Of a stretch of DNA of 64,000 nt, positions 58,393-64,000 are shown in pieces. Every line of letters begins with the position of its first letter. Position 1 is the stretch's first letter. This DNA comes from a virus. The notes beneath the pieces are model-generated. The model made no database searches and was not told where the DNA came from. It worked only from the letters and a program-made list of their open reading frames with translations. The position numbers and the translations under genes are program-made. Where the stretch lies: IMG/VR virus record IMGVR_UViG_3300043399_000587, positions 60,790-124,789 of that record. One strand, written 5' to 3'.

Positions 58393-58549
58393 AAAATTAC
58401 TATCATCAGTACCAACTGATGTTAGCGGTAAGTGGGTCAGTGTAGAAAATGCTAGGAAACTGATATTGCTGACTATCGAACAATGTTGTGATTGTATTCG
58501 TGCGGTTGATGCAATGGATATCAAAGATCATTTTGGTATCAAAGATTAA
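58373..58549 (+). CDS. Divergent MNERI-family protein (not in ORF track)
   Basis: ...ARKLI...EQC...IKDHFGIKD. Confidence 0.55.
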   Translation: MMNQNFEKLLSSVPTDVSGKWVSVENARKLILLTIEQCCDCIRAVDAMDIKDHFGIKD

Positions 58550-58563
58550 TAGGAAAGATTATC

Positions 58564-59256
58564 ATGTCATCAATTGATACACTTGAACACGCACATGTAG
58601 CCAAATTTTTCGGATTGCCCATCTATTGGGTTCTAGAGGAAAAACCGCTAGATTATCTTACTGATTGGGATGAAGATACTGGTGAAGTAATCAATCAATA
58701 CTACCTTAGTATTGGAGGAGGTAGCGGTGAACACCCTGCTCTAATCATCAACAATGATGCGGTGGTTTTCAATCTCACCCGCAAATTTATTGACATCGAG
58801 GATGTAGCTGCTGATTCTTACGATCATGAGCTAATTTCTTTTAGCGATAAGCTTTGGGATCTATGCTATAAGGGCGATAGCTATCTTCATTTTCATCTAC
58901 GGAAATGGTGTATCAATCAAAACGGGTGGCCGCTAGAAACTTTTATTAGAGTGAATAAACAGTTTGATGATGATTCGGAAGTTTCACTAGTAGACAAAAT
59001 TTGTCATGCTATTGCACTGTTTATCATCTATGAAATGCCACTTGAAGCATGTCTTAAAGATCAAAGAATTATTGAATTGGCAAAAATGATTCGGTCCAAC
59101 CGTTGGGAAAAAGCCTTGCCCGGTGAAGTTGTAAAATACATGTCAGCAGTCAGTGGCTTGTTGGAATGTGAAAAAATGGGTAAGGTCATTCGTAACGGCC
59201 AAGCAGTTTGGGGTTATTCTTTGAACGATTGGCGTAAAGAGTTTCAGAAATCTTGA
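58564..59256 (+). CDS. Hypothetical protein
   Basis: 230-aa ORF. Confidence 0.7.
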   Translation: MSSIDTLEHAHVAKFFGLPIYWVLEEKPLDYLTDWDEDTGEVINQYYLSIGGGSGEHPALIINNDAVVFNLTRKFIDIEDVAADSYDHELISFSDKLWDLCYKGDSYLHFHLRKWCINQNGWPLETFIRVNKQFDDDSEVSLVDKICHAIALFIIYEMPLEACLKDQRIIELAKMIRSNRWEKALPGEVVKYMSAVSGLLECEKMGKVIRNGQAVWGYSLNDWRKEFQKS

Positions 59257-59311
59257 CAATAAATCAGTCTAGTGCTATACTGCATTTCTAGTGGACAGTA
59301 AGGAAAAGATC

Positions 59312-59515
59312 ATGATTCATTTTCTAAACATCACAATCCAAAACAAGAGCGGCAATGATTTTCGTGCTTTTCTTGCGTGGGCTGACAGTGAAACCATGAG
59401 TCTCTATGAGATTCGTGGTTACGGTGATACCCCGGGTAAGGCAGCAGATGATGCCTATACCAGATATATGGAAGATCGTGAATTTTTCTCAAATTATCAA
59501 GGTATTTGGGAGTAA
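59312..59515 (+). CDS. Hypothetical early protein
   Basis: Promoter 59253; AAGGA. Confidence 0.65.
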   Translation: MIHFLNITIQNKSGNDFRAFLAWADSETMSLYEIRGYGDTPGKAADDAYTRYMEDREFFSNYQGIWE

Positions 59516-59518
59516 ATT

Positions 59519-59848
59519 ATGAACGAAACTGATCGTGAGTTGCTACAGTTCGCCGCGAAGGCGGCTGGAATGGATTATCTGATTTGGGCTCCAGGAGCCG
59601 CACCGTGCGTGCCCAGAGAACACCGAATTGGTGACCGAATTTGCTGGCATCCCCTCACCGACGACGGCGATGCGCTGAGGCTGGCGGTGAAGTTGGGGCT
59701 CAAAGTCAATCTGTGCGTAACACAACAGGCAACGCAAGTTGGTGGGGTAGGCACATACGTTGAAATCAACTTTGACGCCGACCCCTACGCCGCTACCCGT
59801 CGAGCAATAGTGCGTGCTGCGGCCGAAATTGGAAGGAATATGAAATGA
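59519..59848 (+). CDS. NinX/ABA-sandwich-like phage protein
   Basis: WHPLTDDGDALRLAVKL...ATRRAIVRAAA; GC-rich. Confidence 0.6.
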   Translation: MNETDRELLQFAAKAAGMDYLIWAPGAAPCVPREHRIGDRICWHPLTDDGDALRLAVKLGLKVNLCVTQQATQVGGVGTYVEINFDADPYAATRRAIVRAAAEIGRNMK

Positions 59849-60021
59849 ACGAACGAATTCGCCAGATTGCTGAACAAGTATATGGATCAGCAGCAACAGA
59901 ACAAGAAATAAAATTCGCTGAGGCCATTGTGCGAGAATGTGCTAACTTTATTTCTAAACGAGCATCAATTGGCCAATCCCTATTAGGTGAATTATTAAAA
60001 GAACATTTCGAAGTTAAATAA
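59845..60021 (+). CDS. MNERI-family small protein (not in ORF track)
   Basis: MNERIRQIAEQ...KFAEAIVRECA...KEHFEVK. Confidence 0.75.
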   Translation: MNERIRQIAEQVYGSAATEQEIKFAEAIVRECANFISKRASIGQSLLGELLKEHFEVK

Positions 60022-60335
60022 TGAGATTAATGTTAGGCACCAATAATGAACCATTACTTTTGATCAACATTCATCAAGAATATTCATCAACACATTTTGA
60101 TTTTTGGGTAGTAAACGGTGCCTGGGAAGGAACGTTTTATAACGGGTACATTACTGTTCATCATCCCTATAATCCATGGTCTGATCTTGACAAGATGGAA
60201 ATCCTGTGCGACAATCAAGATAGATTGCGGGGTAACTATCAAGATGTTTTTGAGCACTTTCACGATGTCAACTATGTTGCTCCAAAGGAAAAAGTTGTTC
60301 GGACAACCTGGGATGATGACGATATTCCATTTTAA
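60021..60335 (+). CDS. Hypothetical protein with SSB-like DDDIPF tail
   Basis: C-terminal WDDDDIPF. Confidence 0.65.
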   Translation: MRLMLGTNNEPLLLINIHQEYSSTHFDFWVVNGAWEGTFYNGYITVHHPYNPWSDLDKMEILCDNQDRLRGNYQDVFEHFHDVNYVAPKEKVVRTTWDDDDIPF

Positions 60336-60344
60336 AAGGGTAAA

Positions 60345-60575
60345 ATGATGAACGAACGAATCAAAGAACTTGCTGTACAGGCTAAGTTTATGGCTGAGGA
60401 AGATATCAATCGACAGATATCATACAATACTGAACTCAAGGCATTTGCTGAAAAGTTCGCCAAGTTGATTGTGCGGGAATGTGCTCAGTTTGTTGAAGAT
60501 AAATTTGATTTTATCGGTGATGAAATCATTGTAAAAGAAAAGATGCTAGCACATTTCGGAGTTGAAAATGACTGA
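60345..60575 (+). CDS. MNERI-family small protein
   Basis: MNERIKELAVQA...KFAKLIVRECA...HFGVE. Confidence 0.75.
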   Translation: MMNERIKELAVQAKFMAEEDINRQISYNTELKAFAEKFAKLIVRECAQFVEDKFDFIGDEIIVKEKMLAHFGVEND

Positions 60576-60744
60576 ACGAGAAGAAATCAGCATCTACTAT
60601 GATGGGGTCAAAGAAGGACTTTGGAAGTATGCTTGGTGGAAGGATGGTGTTCAATACGTAGGTAACATGGGCACTACCCTTAAGGAAGCTATTGCTAAAG
60701 TTGATGAAGAAAAAAAGAAAATGCTTAAGGGAGCATTTGAATGA
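60568..60744 (+). CDS. Hypothetical protein
   Basis: YAWWKDGVQYVG. Confidence 0.65.
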   Translation: MTEREEISIYYDGVKEGLWKYAWWKDGVQYVGNMGTTLKEAIAKVDEEKKKMLKGAFE

Positions 60745-60977
60745 TGGATCATCAATATCTATATGTACCGGATATGGCTTATGGAAAAGAGCGCAGGAAG
60801 TTCATCAAAGATTGGTTTACAGCACATCCAAACGGCATGTATGCTGTCAATTGCAAATATCGTCCTCAACTGAAAGATGATCCCGATTTGAAAAAACTAA
60901 TCCGTATTGGTTTTTTGAAGATAGTAAGAGAACATACATATGCGAAACACGCACGAACTTATTTGGTGAAAGCATGA
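60741..60977 (+). CDS. Hypothetical protein
   Basis: Coupled ORF. Confidence 0.6.
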   Translation: MMDHQYLYVPDMAYGKERRKFIKDWFTAHPNGMYAVNCKYRPQLKDDPDLKKLIRIGFLKIVREHTYAKHARTYLVKA

Positions 60978-61213
60978 ACGAACGAATTCATAAACTTGCG
61001 GAACAGGCTAACTTATATGCCCGTTCAGATAACTCTAGCATGATATTTGAGAATTTTCAGAAACGTTATACAGAAAAGCTCGTTGAGTTGGTCGTACAAG
61101 ATTGTGTGGCAGAGATTGCTCTAATGGGTGTGACAAATTTTGAAAACGAAGACATTTCCTGGGCATGTGGTGTTATAATCGACGGCATCAAGAAAAAATT
61201 TGGAGATGAATAA
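60974..61213 (+). CDS. MNERI-family small protein
   Basis: MNERIHKLAEQA...IKKKFGDE. Confidence 0.75.
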   Translation: MNERIHKLAEQANLYARSDNSSMIFENFQKRYTEKLVELVVQDCVAEIALMGVTNFENEDISWACGVIIDGIKKKFGDE

Positions 61214-61392
61214 TGAACAAAGTTTTTGTTGTCTATTACGAGGTGTATTATCCATACGATACATGTAACTGCGAACGACTTAGGATTGAATGTGTTGTTG
61301 ACTCTGTTGAAAAAGCCCGTGCTAAGATTGATGTTTTGAATAAACGAGTCGGCGTATCTTATGCTGATTATGAACTATTTGATGTAGAATGA
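61213..61392 (+). CDS. Hypothetical protein (not in ORF track)
   Basis: MNKVFVVY...DSVEKA; coupled to neighbours. Confidence 0.6.
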   Translation: MNKVFVVYYEVYYPYDTCNCERLRIECVVDSVEKARAKIDVLNKRVGVSYADYELFDVE

Positions 61393-61658
61393 TGAACGAT
61401 CCATATACCCACAAACCAGAACACATTATTCAAGTCTTCAATGACATTGACAGTGGGAAATATCCTAACGTTACGTTTAGCCATGCCAATGTGGCGATGA
61501 TCCCTAAGGATGTTTACTATCAAATGTGTTATGAATTGGATGAACTACGCAAAGCCTCTCTGATGGCTTTGAAATCGTTAGAAGAGGGTTCTAACACCAC
61601 AGAAGCGATTGCTGCCCTACGTTGGGCTCTTTACGAGGAGGATGAGAATGAAATTTAG
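61389..61658 (+). CDS. Hypothetical protein
   Basis: Coupled ORF. Confidence 0.6.
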   Translation: MMNDPYTHKPEHIIQVFNDIDSGKYPNVTFSHANVAMIPKDVYYQMCYELDELRKASLMALKSLEEGSNTTEAIAALRWALYEEDENEI

Positions 61659-61989
61659 TGAACTTAAACGACTAGTTGATCTATACTACCGTGACAGTCG
61701 TGATGATGACGAAGTAGTGATCAAAATTAAACTACCATACTCTACTGTTGGCGGATCACCATTCGTTAAAGTAAAAAACGTTTATCCGGGGTTTGACTGG
61801 GATCAAGGTAAATTCTTCGTTATTCCAGAAGAAGATGTTACGCCCAGTGATCGTGACTTCGCCAAGCAGATGCGGGAGATGCAGGAACGTGCTGGTTGGG
61901 CAGACTATGAGAATCGTAATCTCAAGGCTGAAATTAGACAATTGAAGAAGAAGTTGAAGGCAGAAGATGAACCAAAAAAACCAGAATGA
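61648..61989 (+). CDS. Hypothetical protein
   Basis: GGAGG RBS; GFDWDQG. Confidence 0.65.
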   Translation: MKFSELKRLVDLYYRDSRDDDEVVIKIKLPYSTVGGSPFVKVKNVYPGFDWDQGKFFVIPEEDVTPSDRDFAKQMREMQERAGWADYENRNLKAEIRQLKKKLKAEDEPKKPE

Positions 61990-62158
61990 TGGATGGAAAT
62001 TCCATGAGCCTCCTAAACCAAATTGGAAGATAAGTTTTCGTGAAATTCCAGATGCTTATGCCACGTATATTTGTATCTACGTTGAAAAACCACCCAATCG
62101 CTTTCAACGTTGGATGATTAAAAAAGTCTTGGGCATTCATTGGTCTCCTGTAGAATGA
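61967..62158 (+). CDS. Hypothetical protein
   Basis: PNRFQRWM...LG..W. Confidence 0.6.
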   Translation: MNQKNQNDGWKFHEPPKPNWKISFREIPDAYATYICIYVEKPPNRFQRWMIKKVLGIHWSPVE

Positions 62159-62349
62159 ACTCACATAACAATCAAAACACTTGCCCGGAGTGCAATTACC
62201 GAATCTATAACCATCGATGCACTAATCCAGATGGATGCAACTACCGTGGCCCTGGGTGGACTACGGAACAACGTAAGAAGGCTTGGGCAATGCACGGCGA
62301 ATGGGACAAGACTGTAGGAGCACAATATGACTACACAGGCAGAGATTGA
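62155..62349 (+). CDS. Small Zn-finger-like protein
   Basis: CPEC...C....C. Confidence 0.55.
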   Translation: MNSHNNQNTCPECNYRIYNHRCTNPDGCNYRGPGWTTEQRKKAWAMHGEWDKTVGAQYDYTGRD

Positions 62350-62539
62350 TAAGCAAATTAAGAAACTGTTGGATAAAGGATATTCACATTGTGCAATCGC
62401 TATGGACTGTGGAGGTCCGGTTGGTACAGCAGAATACTATAAAGTTCTCAATGAGTTAGATCCACATCGTACTATAGGTTGCCCACATTGTGGAGAACCT
62501 TGTTTCGGTACTGGTGATTGTAATTGTCGGGATTCATAA
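62327..62539 (+). CDS. Small Cys-rich protein
   Basis: CPHCGEPC...CNC. Confidence 0.6.
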   Translation: MTTQAEIDKQIKKLLDKGYSHCAIAMDCGGPVGTAEYYKVLNELDPHRTIGCPHCGEPCFGTGDCNCRDS

Positions 62540-62541
62540 AA

Positions 62542-62895
62542 ATGACTACACACATTAAAGTAAAATGGGAAACTGTATTTAATGCTGCGGTTGACAAGGA
62601 AACCGCACTTGAAAAAGAATTAGTTTCTGTTAAGGAAGAATATATCCAAAACATGATGTCTGAAACAACTGGCATTCTCTTATGGAAGCGAAAGTATACA
62701 AGGGAAGAGGCTGAAAGACACTATGAGAATGACTGGTGTATGCGGATGCAGAAGACTATTTTTAAGAAAAGGATAAAGAGAGCCAAAGCACTACAAAACA
62801 TATCTTACCAAGCGAGCAAAGGTTACGTCGATAACATTGAATATGTTTATCTAAGCATTGATGACAATGAATTTTTGTTTGGAGATCGATCATGA
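62542..62895 (+). CDS. Hypothetical protein
   Basis: 117-aa ORF. Confidence 0.6.
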   Translation: MTTHIKVKWETVFNAAVDKETALEKELVSVKEEYIQNMMSETTGILLWKRKYTREEAERHYENDWCMRMQKTIFKKRIKRAKALQNISYQASKGYVDNIEYVYLSIDDNEFLFGDRS

Positions 62896-63164
62896 ACCAA
62901 AAAATTCGTGAACTTGCCGAACAGGCTGGATTCCAATCAATCGTGCGTGGTGATCATATCGTTTTTGATATCAGCACCAAAGAGAATCTGAAAGAGTTCG
63001 CCGAGTTGATTAAGCAGTCAATCTACGATAAGGTCAAAGAGGAACTGATTCCTGATGACATTATTGCTGAAGAACAGGTTCATCATCAGGAATACTTAAA
63101 AGGCTGTAACGCTGGTATTGTAGACGCACTGTGTCACATTAAGCAATTTGGAGTTGAAGAATGA
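62892..63164 (+). CDS. MNERI-family small protein
   Basis: MNQKIRELAEQAG...EFAELI...IKQFGVEE. Confidence 0.75.
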   Translation: MNQKIRELAEQAGFQSIVRGDHIVFDISTKENLKEFAELIKQSIYDKVKEELIPDDIIAEEQVHHQEYLKGCNAGIVDALCHIKQFGVEE

Positions 63165-63252
63165 ACGAACGATACAATGGAAGATACGGTTGGGGATATC
63201 AACCCCGTCAGAAGTCCCAGAATGAACGATTATTACCACCACCAAGGAAACC

Positions 63253-63468
63253 ATGAAGAACGAAAGAATTAAAGAACTTGCTGATCAGGCTGATATTCAA
63301 ATAGAATTTGACGACTACGGAGAAGTTAGACTTTCAATGGCATACGGATCAGCCATTGAAAAGTTCGCCGAGTTAATTGTTCGGGAATGTAGCCGAGTTG
63401 CTAAACTTGAAGTTGGCACAAACAGGGTATGTGTTGCGATTGAAAACCATTTCGGAATCGAACCATGA
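63253..63468 (+). CDS. MNERI-family small protein
   Basis: NERIKELADQA...KFAELIVREC...IENHFGIE. Confidence 0.75.
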   Translation: MKNERIKELADQADIQIEFDDYGEVRLSMAYGSAIEKFAELIVRECSRVAKLEVGTNRVCVAIENHFGIEP

Positions 63469-63689
63469 ACAAACATTTACGTAGGCTAGAAGATCAATGT
63501 TGGGAAGAAAGAATTGTTGATGGTGAACCAATTTGATATTTTGATACTGAACGATATGCTAAACTAATACTACTTGAGGTCACAGATATTCTTTCCACCT
63601 ATCGTTTAAAGGTTGATTTTATTGATGGATTCGAATATAATTGTGTTCACCCTATTCAAGCAATAGAAAAACATTTCGGAGTAAAATGA
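63465..63689 (+). pseudogene. MNERI-family gene with in-frame TGA at 63534
   Basis: MNKHLRRLEDQC...GEPI*YFDTERYAKLI...IEKHFGVK. Confidence 0.65.
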
Positions 63690-63690
63690 A

Positions 63691-63933
63691 ATGAAACCCT
63701 GCCCATTCTGCGGTCATGCTGTTGATCTAGATGATCCAGATACCCTATATCCAAATGGTATTGGCTGGAAGGTTAGACCTAACGGATTTCTTTCATATCA
63801 TAACTACAGAGAAGTGCCAGAATCACAGTGGTGTTACAGCATTCATTGCGTAACAACATCGGGTGGATGTGGAGTTGAAATCAGTGGCAATAGTCGTCAA
63901 GAATGTATTGACAAGTGGAATAGAAGGGTATAA
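63691..63933 (+). CDS. Lar-like restriction alleviation protein
   Basis: MKPCPFCG...C.....CG...WNRR. Confidence 0.7.
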   Translation: MKPCPFCGHAVDLDDPDTLYPNGIGWKVRPNGFLSYHNYREVPESQWCYSIHCVTTSGGCGVEISGNSRQECIDKWNRRV

Positions 63934-64000
63934 TTTGGGGGCTAAATGGGCAAACCTAAATTGACTTATTATGCAAGTTTGAGTAGAATGATAACTCATT

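Larger units (their letters stand above)
47988..59281 (+). promoter_or_regulatory. Array of sigma70-type early promoters
   Basis: TTGACA-N17-TA(T/C)A(C/A)T at 47988, 48626, 49183, 49466, 49982, 51504, 53590, 54072, 54353, 54617, 54923, 55486, 59253; GTGACA variant at 53813. Confidence 0.88.

Noticed and set aside
47988-59281. CRISPR array suggested by recurring ~30-50-nt repeats
   Set aside because: Repeats are degenerate sigma70 promoters separated by whole ORFs; no cas genes seen.
199-62675. Many short antisense or alternate-frame ORFs in the track
   Set aside because: They shadow well-supported genes and lack RBS or recognisable motifs.
63534-63536. Genome-wide TGA recoding
   Set aside because: TGA ends many genes (ATGA couplings, clpA, guaC, ligase) and long genes are intact in the standard code.

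Overview
AT-rich 64-kb segment of a large T4-like/jumbo dsDNA phage, almost all on the + strand. Layout: (1) 1-8.6 kb: clamp loader, PhoH, holin-like gene and a proteostasis set (BI-1/YccA, DnaJ, ClpA-like). (2) ~8.6-20 kb: late-promoter (TAAATA) block of probable head-packaged proteins with [ILV]-x-E processing motifs, carrying nucleotidyltransferase, ADP-ribosyltransferase, kinase, GNAT, Dps and zincin domains, plus a structured intergenic RNA. (3) 21-26 kb: TilS-like, family B DNA polymerase, sliding clamp. (4) 26-39.5 kb: 7-deazaguanine DNA-modification cluster (DpdA/TGT-like, DpdL-like, FolE, QueD, QueE; no QueC in the window) mixed with glycosyltransferases, sugar-nucleotide enzymes and GMP reductase. 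(5) 39.6-47 kb: Gp88-like, UvsE, RNase H. (6) 48-64 kb: early region of many small ORFs behind repeated sigma70 promoters, an RNA ligase interrupted by a GIY-YIG endonuclease, and an expanded 'MNERI...HFGVE' paralog family. Top leads: a 12-nt motif (GGWGTRNCGGAR) conserved at DNA level that brackets in-frame domain cassettes in the virion proteins and recurs in a nearby structured RNA; a preQ1-I-like RNA directly upstream of queD; and homing endonucleases that appear to carry replacement gene termini. All calls are from motif recognition by eye; no searches or folding programs were run.
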